NCBI GenBank assembly: GCA_044376115.1
Contig: JBILLK010000007.1
Span: 96,001-160,000, forward strand
Reading direction: 5' to 3'
Length of the DNA stretch: 64,000 bases
Source: Polyangiaceae bacterium
Lineage (GTDB): Bacteria > Myxococcota_A > Polyangia > Polyangiales > Polyangiaceae
Of this stretch, positions 28,825 to 38,426 are shown in pieces. Under the pieces are notes generated by a model. The model saw nothing but the letters and a program-made list of their open reading frames with translations, was not told the origin of the DNA and ran no database searches. The first letter of the stretch is position 1; the number at the start of each line of letters is the position of its first letter. A program made the translations under genes and the position numbers.

Positions 28825-31052
28825 TCGGACCTCGGCGGATCTTGGCGTGCCTGGCCAACGCGGAGTTGATTGCCTCCGCACATGGTGAACTCGATGTTGT
28901 CCTCGGCGATCAACTCGATCACACCGGACTCCATTTTGATCTGGGTGTCGCCAACCTTGATGGTCAGCGAGCAACCGCCGTTCATGCCAATCTTGTCGGC
29001 GCTACCCTTCATGTTTTCGGCTCCGGCGAGGAGGAGGTTGCCTTGCGCTTTGACCTCCACATTCTTCGTCACGTTGAGGCGTCGCTTGTCCTCGACGCGG
29101 GTGGCAATCTCTTTGCCTGCCGTCTCGAGCACGTTGCCGCCGATCGTCTCGATGCGCTCGGTCCCGCTCGATTCGCTCTTGGTGTTCTTGCTGCGCTCCG
29201 TATGCGAGCCCTTTACGATCAGCTTGGATTCGGTGCCGACCCCCGTCATGTTGCTGCCCTTGGACTGCTCGGTGACGTCGCCGGTGATCTCTTCGGTGTG
29301 ATCTTTGGAGACCTGGGTGTTCTCGCTCAGCTTGACCTTGCGCTCGTGGTTGCCACCGATCTTGAGCTTGTGATTTCCGGTGGTGTTGTCCGCCATGGCT
29401 TTACCCACCTCAATGGTGCAATTGCCACCGATCTGGACTTGCTGGCTGCCCTGACACGTCGGCGAATAGTTGGACTTCACGGCGAGGGTCATGTTGTTGG
29501 AGATCTTGATGGTCTCGTTGCCATCGATGATGCCTCCATCCACTTCGTTCGTTTGTTCGTGCTTGTCCGTGGCGACCACAATGTTCTGGTCGCGGCAGGC
29601 TCCGATTGCGACGAACTCGTAGCCAGCCTTGTCGTCGAATTGGATGTAGTTCGAGCCGGATTCGGTGCGCGGCGAGGTCTGCGACCGGAGCGCCGTGCGC
29701 ATCTTGTTCTCCGGCAGCGTGGCGAAGTGCTGCTCGAAGCCGTTGAACACCCGACCGACCACCACCGGTCGATCCGGGTCGCCTTCCATGAACTGGCAAA
29801 CGACCTCCCAGTCGGTGCGCATGATGCCCGAGGAGCGCCCGGTGTTGTCCTGCAGGGTCGGCACCCAATGAGATACGTCGGCGTCGCCCTTTCTGGCTTG
29901 GCGACGATCCCACGGGAACCAAACCTTCACTTGTCCCCACTTGTCCGTATGAATGTCTGCGTTAGCTGGACCCGTGGTGAAGCCGGTAAGTGGATTTGGC
30001 TCGGTGGGTGCTGGTGTGATCACCGGCGGCCGATAGGTGGTGAGTTCCCGCAGGCATTCAATCTCAACGCTGAAACCAGCGTCGACGCGGGACCATTCGT
30101 GGTTGACGCGTGTGACTACGTACCCGCCATTCCGCACACCCATCGGTGCTTCCTGAAGCTCGAATCGAGCCACGGGTCGCAGCTCGGCGCAAAAGGATTT
30201 GGCAACGACCCGCTGATGGATGCAGGTCAAGGCATCGGCACGCTTCTTTGCCTTGATCTGACCCTCGCCCGGCTCTTCGTATTCCCCGGGGTAGTCGTAC
30301 CACTCCGCTCCGCCCTCGGTAGGACCGTCCGCCGATACATCCATATTCATGCTCGGATGCTCGTGATTGAAGTCCCGCAGGCTTATCTTTCCTGCCGTCA
30401 TCGTGCCGCGCTGACCCACGGCGTAAACGCTGTCTTCGTTCTGGTCGAGCCCGCTATCGGCTCGGAATGGCAACACCGCTACGCGGTCGTCGTAGGCGCT
30501 GGTGTGATCGCCAAGGATCACCGAGCCGTCGTCTGCGCATACGTAGAAGATGCCTTCATCCTCGAGCAGTCGCGCGGCGAAGTCGTAGTCCGACTCACGG
30601 AACTGCACACAGTACGGCCTGACCTTGTAAGCATCCCGCAGCCGAAGCTGGACGGGGACGCCCATCCCCGTAAGCACCTCCGACACAATCGTCTCGGCAG
30701 ACTTGTTGCGGAATACGCGGATGTCGCTGCGCTTGCGGAGCATCGCCAACCGGGGCTCCAGCGTGAGCTTGAACAACGCGCCGCCCGCGCGCCCTTTGAC
30801 CGAGCGCGTGGCTGAGCGCCGCACCTCGGTTACGTACAGTGCGAGCCGACGGTGGAGCGCCGGGGTGCGCTCCAGCGAGAGTTCCGCCGGGTTCGATATC
30901 AGTGCGTCGGGGTCGAGTGGATCGGTGTCGGGTACGTGGAACGTCACCTCGTAGCGGGAGGTGAGTGACAACCCCTCGACCCCTTTGACCGTCTTGAGTT
31001 CGTAGGTACTGCTGCCGAAGTGAATGAAGTAACGAAGCGGCTCTCTTGCCAT
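28821..31052 (-). CDS. vgrG: Type VI secretion spike protein VgrG (third in operon, 743 aa)
   Basis: Contains YCVQFRESDYDFAARLLEDEGIFY, YDYPGEY, IHTDKWGQVKVWFPWDR, GDPDRPVVVGRVFN and a gp5-like beta-helix C-terminus. Confidence 0.95.
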   Translation of the reverse strand: MAREPLRYFIHFGSSTYELKTVKGVEGLSLTSRYEVTFHVPDTDPLDPDALISNPAELSLERTPALHRRLALYVTEVRRSATRSVKGRAGGALFKLTLEPRLAMLRKRSDIRVFRNKSAETIVSEVLTGMGVPVQLRLRDAYKVRPYCVQFRESDYDFAARLLEDEGIFYVCADDGSVILGDHTSAYDDRVAVLPFRADSGLDQNEDSVYAVGQRGTMTAGKISLRDFNHEHPSMNMDVSADGPTEGGAEWYDYPGEYEEPGEGQIKAKKRADALTCIHQRVVAKSFCAELRPVARFELQEAPMGVRNGGYVVTRVNHEWSRVDAGFSVEIECLRELTTYRPPVITPAPTEPNPLTGFTTGPANADIHTDKWGQVKVWFPWDRRQARKGDADVSHWVPTLQDNTGRSSGIMRTDWEVVCQFMEGDPDRPVVVGRVFNGFEQHFATLPENKMRTALRSQTSPRTESGSNYIQFDDKAGYEFVAIGACRDQNIVVATDKHEQTNEVDGGIIDGNETIKISNNMTLAVKSNYSPTCQGSQQVQIGGNCTIEVGKAMADNTTGNHKLKIGGNHERKVKLSENTQVSKDHTEEITGDVTEQSKGSNMTGVGTESKLIVKGSHTERSKNTKSESSGTERIETIGGNVLETAGKEIATRVEDKRRLNVTKNVEVKAQGNLLLAGAENMKGSADKIGMNGGCSLTIKVGDTQIKMESGVIELIAEDNIEFTMCGGNQLRVGQARQDPPRSE

Positions 31053-31072
31053 GACTTGATTCCTCGACGAGT

Positions 31073-33310
31073 TCAGTTGTGTTGAATGCGCGCGGTGTCC
31101 GCATCCACGCTCGCGCCGCTGAGATCGAGGTCAGTACCCTCGAAGGTGATGCCCGTCTTGGTGACGGTGATGACGCTTGATCCACAGCGGATGCGCACGG
31201 AGTTCACGGCCTCCACCCACACCGTCGGGGCCTCACCGGCCATCGTTTTCTTGACCACGATCTCCTGCGTCGTGTCCGCGTTGTCGATGAACTCGTCCTG
31301 CGTGTCGATCTTGATGGACCCCTTGACCGTCTCGGTGAAGCTCTTACCGACGGTGGTGGAGCGCTCACCTTCGTTGCAGATCTCCACCTTGTCGGCGTCG
31401 ATCTTCTGAACGTACTTCTTGGCGACCGTGTCTGAGAGCGTCTCGCCTGCGATGCGCTCGAGCGATCCGTTCACGGTGACCGTCGACTTCTTCTCCACGT
31501 TCAGCTGGATGTCGCCTTTGCAGACTTCGGTCATCGAGCCAGTGACGGTGAGCTTGCGGTTGCCGACGACGCGTACGACCGTGCTTTGCCCTACGGTGAG
31601 CGCCTCGTTTCCCCCGACCTCGCGGCTGTGATCACCGCCAACGATGACTGCAAGGTCGTTTACGACTTCTAGGTCCTCGTTGCCATCGACCTTGATGGTC
31701 TGGTCCTTCGAGACCTTCATCGTGCCGTTGTCGTCGATGCTGCGCTGCATGTCATTTTTGACGGTCAGCGTGTGGTTGCCTTTGACCCGTTCGGTGCGCT
31801 TCTCGCGCGTGAGTTGGTTCATGTCGCGCGAAGCGTTGATGAACATCTCCTGACGGCCCGCCGCGTCTTCGAACCGGATCTCATTGTGTGAGCCTCCTCC
31901 CGGCGTGGTCGCCGTCTTCCACACGACGAGCGTCATGTTCTTCGGCAGCTCGTACTCCGGCGGATGATTCTGATCGTGAATGCGGGACAGGATGGCGGGC
32001 GCATCGACGCCACCTTCGTCGTTGAACGTGGCGACGTTCCAACCCATGCGCGGATACATCATCGACCCGGGGGCACCGCGTTGATCGATGCGCATCCACG
32101 TGCCGGCGCGGTCTCTTCTGTCGCCGAGCCGATCCCAATGCAATTGGGCGCGGACGCGCCCGCGCGGATCGGTGAATACCTCCTGGCCCGGCGGCCCGAC
32201 GACCTGCGCCATTTGCAGGCCAGCCTGTTTCGCCAGCGGCGTAATGCACTGCGGGCGAAACGGCACATCTCGCGGAATCGCTTTGAAGCGCGCTACAGCC
32301 GGCACCTTGTGAGCTGCTTCCAGGGTCATGCTGGTGACCAGGAACTCGCCATTGAAGGGGAGATAAGGATGCCCAGCGAGCACGAAGATGCGTCCCGGGG
32401 TGAGCCTGGCGGACAAGGCCACACCCCCAACTCCGGAACGTGCGGCCATCGCAGCCTCACGCGCGTTCTTGATGCGGAACTCCAGCACCGCGGGCTCGAC
32501 GGGCCCCGCGCCTGGCGCGTCGTAGTCTTCACGTCCACCGTCGCCGTCCTTGGCTTCGATACTGAGCAGGGGCCGATCGGGGTCGAAGGACCGTCCGGCG
32601 AAACGTTTCGCCGTCATCGTCGCTTCCATCGACATCTCGATCACCGCTTCATCGCCAGGTCTCATCGACGAAGGACTGGCGAACTGGATCAGCGGGATGC
32701 CTTCAATCTCGGGTGCGGCCGAGGAGGTGTCGGCAAACACCACGGTGGAGTCGTCTCCCTCGTGATCGAACCAGTAGTAGATGCCCTCCTCTTCACAGAG
32801 GCGACTGACGTACGTCCAGTCGTCCTCCCGGTACTGGGCGCGATAAGGATAGGTCGGGTACTGGCGCGCCAGGTCGTAGCGGATCTTGCCTGGGAAGTCG
32901 GCGAGTACGTCTCGAATCACGTCGATGCTCGAGACCTCCTGCATGGCGTAACAATCTCGTCCGAGGTTCTGGCGATAGATCTTTGGCCGGATCACGATGT
33001 CCGCGCGGTGGGTATCCGAGTCGTACGAGCGAGCAAGAATGTCAGCGACGATCCCGACGATGATGCGATCATTGCCTTTGGCGTCGCGCACCACGAGCCG
33101 AGCTGCTGCCCCCACGATGCTCGATAGGTCCGGCGGTGGCCCATCGAGTTCCACGCTGACCTCGTAGCGGAACTGCTTGGACAGCGCTTCTTCACCGCTG
33201 ACTTTGAGCACCGGTCCGAGGTCAAGCCCGTCGACGGCCAGCTCCGCCACGAGGAAGTCGGGACGCAACTCATCGCTGATCTTCTTCAGGAGGTTCTCGA
33301 TATCGCTCAT
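31073..33310 (-). CDS. vgrG: Type VI secretion spike protein VgrG (second in operon, 745 aa)
   Basis: Contains GEEALSKQFRY, AQYREDDWTYVSRLCEEEGIYYWF, VVGPPGQEVFTDPRGRVRAQLHWDR and NEIRFEDAAGRQEMFINASRDM. Confidence 0.95.
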   Translation of the reverse strand: MSDIENLLKKISDELRPDFLVAELAVDGLDLGPVLKVSGEEALSKQFRYEVSVELDGPPPDLSSIVGAAARLVVRDAKGNDRIIVGIVADILARSYDSDTHRADIVIRPKIYRQNLGRDCYAMQEVSSIDVIRDVLADFPGKIRYDLARQYPTYPYRAQYREDDWTYVSRLCEEEGIYYWFDHEGDDSTVVFADTSSAAPEIEGIPLIQFASPSSMRPGDEAVIEMSMEATMTAKRFAGRSFDPDRPLLSIEAKDGDGGREDYDAPGAGPVEPAVLEFRIKNAREAAMAARSGVGGVALSARLTPGRIFVLAGHPYLPFNGEFLVTSMTLEAAHKVPAVARFKAIPRDVPFRPQCITPLAKQAGLQMAQVVGPPGQEVFTDPRGRVRAQLHWDRLGDRRDRAGTWMRIDQRGAPGSMMYPRMGWNVATFNDEGGVDAPAILSRIHDQNHPPEYELPKNMTLVVWKTATTPGGGSHNEIRFEDAAGRQEMFINASRDMNQLTREKRTERVKGNHTLTVKNDMQRSIDDNGTMKVSKDQTIKVDGNEDLEVVNDLAVIVGGDHSREVGGNEALTVGQSTVVRVVGNRKLTVTGSMTEVCKGDIQLNVEKKSTVTVNGSLERIAGETLSDTVAKKYVQKIDADKVEICNEGERSTTVGKSFTETVKGSIKIDTQDEFIDNADTTQEIVVKKTMAGEAPTVWVEAVNSVRIRCGSSVITVTKTGITFEGTDLDLSGASVDADTARIQHN

Positions 33311-33321
33311 GGTGTTCTCCT

Positions 33322-35766
33322 TCAGGACCCTGCGAGCTTGTCGCGTGAAGACGTGTAGACGATGTCGCCCTTGCTCTTGAACTTGAGGTTGCCCTTGATC
33401 GAAATCGTCTCTTGCGTCATCTCGATCTCGAGCTCACTCGACTTGAAGTTGATGCTGGTTTCCGCGACGAGTTCGATGTCTTGCCCACGTACTTCCACTT
33501 GCTCCGAGGACTCCATCAACATGTCTCCGTCGATGGTGATCTTGCTGTCCTTCGCCGAAGTGGTGACGCGGCCCTTGCCGGAGCGGACGATGTTGCCCGT
33601 CACCTCGCGCGTGAAGTCGCCGCCGTTCGCACAAAGGATGTTGGCCTTCTCGGAGGTGGTGTGTTTCGTCCCGGTGATCTGTTCTTCCAGGAGGTCGCCC
33701 GAAAACGAGCTGATCTGCCCCTCGCTCGCGAGCCGCATGTAAGACCCCTTGATGGTCTTCTCGAAGTTCTGGTCCACGCGGCGTTGGATGACCACGCGTT
33801 CTTCGCCACTCCCTTCGCCCTCGCCACCTGAGCCCTCGCCTTCGGAGGAAGCGTCTTCCTGGGCCGGAGCTTCAGCGGCCGCGGGCTCCGCTAACGGAGC
33901 GGGGCTGTGCGGCTGCATGACCTGGTTCGGCGCTTGGTCTGCAACGCCGTCGGTGAAGGCCTGGTCGTTGGAAGTGATGATGTCCTCCATCAGTTCCGGA
34001 GGGTCCGGTTGTTGCGGGCTGGCCTCTCCCGCGTGTGTGGAGCGGTTGCCTGTGACCTCCTCGGTGGAGTCTTTGCCGATGTTCAGCATATAGGTGAGCT
34101 GCACATCGACCTTCTCGTTGCCGCCGACTTTCTCGGTGCGATTGATTTCGACCTTTTCACCGAACTCGAGCCCGATCTGTCGCTTCTCGTTGCCGCCGAT
34201 CGAAACGTCCTGGTTACCACCCACCGAGCGGTGTTGCCCGAGCTTGACCAGCTGCTTGTAGTCGTTGCCGATGGTCTCTGTTTTGTCCTTCTCGACCGTG
34301 TTGGAGAAGTCACGCTGCGCGTGGAAGTCCATGAACTGGTTGCCTGCGCTGTCGTCCATGCGCAGCTCGTTGAAGCCGGCTTTGCCTGGGTAGGATTCGG
34401 TCTTCATCGACATGCGGTTCATGAACTTGGGTACCTGATATTCGGGCGTCATTTGCCCGTTGATTTGGCGTCCTAGCCCCATCGGTCGATCCGGGTCCCC
34501 GTCGATGTAGCCAACCGACGTCTCCCAGCCGACACGCGCGAGGACGATCGACGTCGAGGCTTCTTGCAACGTTCTGATCCAACGCGAATCATCGAGGCCG
34601 TTCGCGTCGCGATCCCAGTGGAACTGGACCTTCGCCCGGCCGAACGTATCGGTGTGAATCTCCTCTCCGTACGGTCCGCGCACCATCGCGGTGTGGTTGC
34701 CGATGATGACCGGCCTGGGTGTCACCACGGCCGGGCGGAATGGAACCTCTGCGGGGATGGCTCGAAAGCGGTTCGCGTACTTGGGCGGTGCGCCCTTGGC
34801 GTCTCGCGTGACGATGGTGTGCTTGACCTCGACCAGCGAGTAGCGCCCGCTGAAATCATAGGCCTCGAAGTGCGCGAAGTTGAAGATCGTCCCCGCGCGA
34901 AACGCGACGACGCTGCTCTTGCCTTCGACGAATTTTTTCTGGCAAACGTGGGCCTCGAGTCGCAGCTTGGCGAGCAGCTTGCCTTGCGCTTCTTGGCGGA
35001 AGCCAACCGGGTATTCGTAGGTCTCGAAGTCCCCGTCGAGCTCGCTTCGCTCGGCGGCAAGCAGCGATTGGTACGGCGTTTTCCAGTTGTGATCGTTGAC
35101 CGCTGCGGCGCCGGAGTAGAAAACCGCTCCGCGCTCGAACTCTGTAATGCCGGCCCGCTCGTGAACGCCAGCTTCCGAGGTCTCAATCAGGCTGAACGTC
35201 TCGAGCAGCTCGGGCTGGCTCCCGGAAGCGTCCCCCAGGAGCATCGTGCCGAAGTCGTCGAAGGTGAAGAAGATCCCTTCGTGCTCCAAGAGACGCTGGA
35301 CGAAGTTCTTGTCGGTCTCTCGATACTGCACGGTGTAGGGCCGAAGGTCGCACGCACGAGTGGTTTGCCACTCGTGAGCGACGCCGTTCTCATCCAGCAC
35401 TTCGTCGATGATTTGCTCCGTGGTTCGATCCCTGAACTTGCAGGTGTCGCGACGGAAGTTGAGAAAGTGAAACGTCGGGTAGAACTCGAGCTCGTAGCGA
35501 ATGGTCTGGTCGATGAACGCGACAAAGCGAGAGGAGGTGAGCCGTAAGCTGAAGGCTCGAACGGGGATCCCTCCCGACGTGATCGTGAGCACGGCCTCTT
35601 CATCGAGTACCGGTTCCAAATCGAGATCCACCGGGCTCGAGATGATTACCCGCGCGCGCGTTAGCTGGCTCATCCCCTCCGATATCTCGGCTTCGACGAC
35701 GCGGAGGGGCAGCCCTCCGGCGACAAGGATGACGTCGAGCTCTTTCAGTTCAATCGGAAGATCCAT
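33322..35766 (-). CDS. vgrG: Type VI secretion spike protein VgrG (first in operon, 814 aa, with an acidic insertion)
   Basis: Contains VQYRETDKNFVQRLLEHEGIFF, GEEIHTDTFGRAKVQFHWDR, GDPDRP and FNELRMDDSAG...HAQRD. Confidence 0.95.
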   Translation of the reverse strand: MDLPIELKELDVILVAGGLPLRVVEAEISEGMSQLTRARVIISSPVDLDLEPVLDEEAVLTITSGGIPVRAFSLRLTSSRFVAFIDQTIRYELEFYPTFHFLNFRRDTCKFRDRTTEQIIDEVLDENGVAHEWQTTRACDLRPYTVQYRETDKNFVQRLLEHEGIFFTFDDFGTMLLGDASGSQPELLETFSLIETSEAGVHERAGITEFERGAVFYSGAAAVNDHNWKTPYQSLLAAERSELDGDFETYEYPVGFRQEAQGKLLAKLRLEAHVCQKKFVEGKSSVVAFRAGTIFNFAHFEAYDFSGRYSLVEVKHTIVTRDAKGAPPKYANRFRAIPAEVPFRPAVVTPRPVIIGNHTAMVRGPYGEEIHTDTFGRAKVQFHWDRDANGLDDSRWIRTLQEASTSIVLARVGWETSVGYIDGDPDRPMGLGRQINGQMTPEYQVPKFMNRMSMKTESYPGKAGFNELRMDDSAGNQFMDFHAQRDFSNTVEKDKTETIGNDYKQLVKLGQHRSVGGNQDVSIGGNEKRQIGLEFGEKVEINRTEKVGGNEKVDVQLTYMLNIGKDSTEEVTGNRSTHAGEASPQQPDPPELMEDIITSNDQAFTDGVADQAPNQVMQPHSPAPLAEPAAAEAPAQEDASSEGEGSGGEGEGSGEERVVIQRRVDQNFEKTIKGSYMRLASEGQISSFSGDLLEEQITGTKHTTSEKANILCANGGDFTREVTGNIVRSGKGRVTTSAKDSKITIDGDMLMESSEQVEVRGQDIELVAETSINFKSSELEIEMTQETISIKGNLKFKSKGDIVYTSSRDKLAGS

Positions 35767-35847
35767 GGTCCACCTTGGGTGCTAGCGGCGAGGCCGATAG
35801 ACAGAGAGAAGAGATGAAGAGCGATCAGGAAGCAGAACGTTGGCGCG

Positions 35848-36870
35848 CTAGGCGCGGGGCCAGGGGTCGGGGTTGAGGTACTCGTCGTCCATCGCAACCT
35901 CGGCGATGGCGCGAATGCCGTTGAGCCTCTCCCATTTCAAGGGCAGGCGAGTCTTGGCTCGGTAGGTGACTTCGACGATGCGTTCGTCGCTATCGATCAT
36001 CAGTCCATCGAGGTGCGTGGGAGGGACAAGTGTCTTCCCATCCATGTCGACTTCGAAGCGCATCGGGTAGAGCGGGAGCTTGAAGCGCCACGCGCCCTCT
36101 GGGAGCACGCCACCCACTTCGATCGGTTCATCGCCGCGCAGCGGCTCGGCGCTGTGAAGTCCGGGAGCGGACCAATTGTAGTACCGCGTGTTGAAGTCGA
36201 GGGGCAGCAGCGGGTGGCGCTCACGAAGCCAAGCGTCGTCGCGGGTGCCGCGGCGCTCGAGCCGAGGTGACCATTGCTCGGGGATCGGTCCGAAGGTCGC
36301 GTGGGCGGCATGGACTCGCGGCTGGTTGCCCAACATCTCCTGCACCGGTTCGAGCTGGGGAGCGGGGCTGCCTTCGATCGCGTGTCTTGAGAACCCACGA
36401 CCCACTGGGTTCTCCTCGCAGTAGGAGCCATCGTCGGCCCGACCGCCGTACGCGAGGGCGTAGCTGAGCGGAGTGGGCACGAGCGGTCCGGGAGCTGAGA
36501 TCGAAAAGTCCGAGCGGTAGTGTCGCGGGCCGAAGATCTGGATCACCTTCTTGATCGTGCCGACTTGGAGCCAGGCGAAGGCGGCGTTGGTCTTCGACCC
36601 CTTCGGTTGAACTGGGAAGGCCGTACCGATGAGACCGATGTCCGTTCCCGGTTTCTCAGGCTGGAAGTCATCGCTGTGTCGCAACACGCCAGCGTCCCAT
36701 TCTGGCGATGCACGCACCGGTCGATAGGCGAGGCGCGCTTTACCCGCGGCGTTCAGGTGCCACGCGATCTTGGCGATGGTCACGCAACAGTCGAAGCCCT
36801 CATGGTCGGTGATCACCATCGTGCGGACGGTGGCGAAGCTTCTGTTCTGCAACCGCTTGTCGAAATCCAC
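35848..36870 (-). CDS. DUF2169 family T6SS adaptor/chaperone
   Basis: Contains LQNRSF, DFQPEKPGTDI, LSYALAYGG, ENPVGRGF, FGPIPEQWSPR...GT.D..W...R.PLLPLDF..RYYN and LDGLMID. Confidence 0.92.
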   Translation of the reverse strand: MDFDKRLQNRSFATVRTMVITDHEGFDCCVTIAKIAWHLNAAGKARLAYRPVRASPEWDAGVLRHSDDFQPEKPGTDIGLIGTAFPVQPKGSKTNAAFAWLQVGTIKKVIQIFGPRHYRSDFSISAPGPLVPTPLSYALAYGGRADDGSYCEENPVGRGFSRHAIEGSPAPQLEPVQEMLGNQPRVHAAHATFGPIPEQWSPRLERRGTRDDAWLRERHPLLPLDFNTRYYNWSAPGLHSAEPLRGDEPIEVGGVLPEGAWRFKLPLYPMRFEVDMDGKTLVPPTHLDGLMIDSDERIVEVTYRAKTRLPLKWERLNGIRAIAEVAMDDEYLNPDPWPRA

Positions 36871-37089
36871 TCTGCCCCCTGCGGCGCGCCGACCCCGTTG
36901 ACGCCGCTCGGAGGGTACTACGCAGTAGCGGTCGAATGGCTCCCAGAACTGTTGCCCTGATGTGCTGATTTCTGGGGAGAAATAATATCATCCGGGCGCG
37001 TGGCCCCGATGTAGGGGCATCGTCTGGATCGCCCCCGTGGCGTACCAACTTCGCCAAGCCGAGCTTGAGCGGCTTCACGCGGGAATACG

Positions 37090-38106
37090 TTAAGGGCAGC
37101 CGAGTTCGCAGGTCTTCACGCCGAAGCGAACCTCCGGATCCACGACCTCACGGAGGAACGCGCGAAAGAGCTGCGTCGCCGTCGTTGAAGCGTCCGGATC
37201 GTCTGGCGTGGGCGAACTGTCCAGCTCGGCCCAACTCTCCGCGCGCACCATCCCCGTCACGACGCGGTGGTCGAGCGGCTCTCCACGACGATCGTCCAGC
37301 AGGAGCCAATTAGACACGGAGCCTCCGCCCGGGAGCTCACGATCGATGCCGCATTGCGTGAGCCCCAACCTCAGCCACGTAGCGAATAGACGATAGGCAG
37401 GCTCGTCTGCGTCGCAGGAGTACGCCCCCTCACCGTCGGAGAGCGAGCACACGATGGGCAGCCATGGCCCACCCTCCCGGCGAAGCAAGAGGAGCTCCTG
37501 GGTTGGCTCGTCCTCCTCGGCAGCGGGGCGCTGAAGGCCGAGCGTGTAGCCCGCGACCGAATAAGCTGCGATGGCGTCCTCACAGTCGAGCTTTGCGAGG
37601 TCCACCTTACGCAAGGTCGAGGCGCTCTGAAGGCCGTGGGATCCAACTTCCCCCGCCATAGGCCGCGGACCGGGTGGCCCGTGGCGCAAGACGACGACCA
37701 CGAGATCCAAGACCGAGGTCGGCCACGAGACGTCCGAAGGCATGAGCCCTTCGACGTCCGTGGAGGCGAGCTCCGTGACCCACTGCGCTGCACGCTCTCG
37801 CCAGCGCCCGACGACCTCGCGTGCCGCGCTCTGCCGCTCTTCATTCGGGAGGTCTTCCCGCGTCGTGTCGTCGCGAAGGTATCCCAAGTAGATCTGCTGT
37901 TCGCGCTGCCACAACAGCTCGCCCGCACGGGTCCGCCGAAACGTCACCATCGGCGTGAAAGCCAGGTGCTCAGGGAGTTGCGCAAACGGGGGCGCAAAGG
38001 CCGCAAAGTCCACCTCGAGACGTTCCTCCGAGTCGAGCTCTGCAACGCCAATTCGGCCATAAAGCAGCGGGACGATGTGCTCGACGATCCAGGATTGCAT
38101 CGACAT
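37090..38106 (-). CDS. Hypothetical protein
   Basis: 338-aa ORF with protein-like composition; no recognised motif. Confidence 0.55.
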   Translation of the reverse strand: MSMQSWIVEHIVPLLYGRIGVAELDSEERLEVDFAAFAPPFAQLPEHLAFTPMVTFRRTRAGELLWQREQQIYLGYLRDDTTREDLPNEERQSAAREVVGRWRERAAQWVTELASTDVEGLMPSDVSWPTSVLDLVVVVLRHGPPGPRPMAGEVGSHGLQSASTLRKVDLAKLDCEDAIAAYSVAGYTLGLQRPAAEEDEPTQELLLLRREGGPWLPIVCSLSDGEGAYSCDADEPAYRLFATWLRLGLTQCGIDRELPGGGSVSNWLLLDDRRGEPLDHRVVTGMVRAESWAELDSSPTPDDPDASTTATQLFRAFLREVVDPEVRFGVKTCELGCP

Positions 38107-38426
38107 GAGCGGAGGAGAGCATGGCTATCGCGCGGGTAACAAGCGGCGAGCCAAGCATGAAGTTGAGCCACGCCGGTACAAACCGCTCTCCGCAGCCCTA
38201 CGTCGGCGATCGCTTCCATCCGCGCTCGGCGGCGTACGCTTCGATGCAGGCATGCAGCGTGTTCGTTGTCGCGGCGAGGGCGCGCTCGAGCATCAAACAG
38301 AAAGCGAGGATGCGGCGCTCCTCAGATTTTGTTCGCTTGCGAGCCAGGGCGGCTTCGAGTCGTTCGACGAGCGCTCCCGGCGCGGTGGCGCGCGCCAAGG
38401 CCCAGGTAGCCGCGTGCTCGCCGTCA

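Noticed and set aside
28794..30815. 673-aa + strand ORF and similar long antisense ORFs over the vgrG, WGR and FG-GAP genes
   Set aside because: These are antisense shadows typical of high-GC coding DNA and carry no motifs. The opposite strand has clear family signatures.
21920..36870. Prophage tail, eCIS or complete T6SS
   Set aside because: No tube, sheath, baseplate, capsid or TssJLM genes. The VgrG motifs are T6SS-type, so this is an orphan spike module.
36871..37089. Sigma-54 promoter for the VgrG operon
   Set aside because: An AT-richer patch is present near 36960-36990, but I could not find a convincing TGGCAC-N5-TTGC motif on the minus strand.
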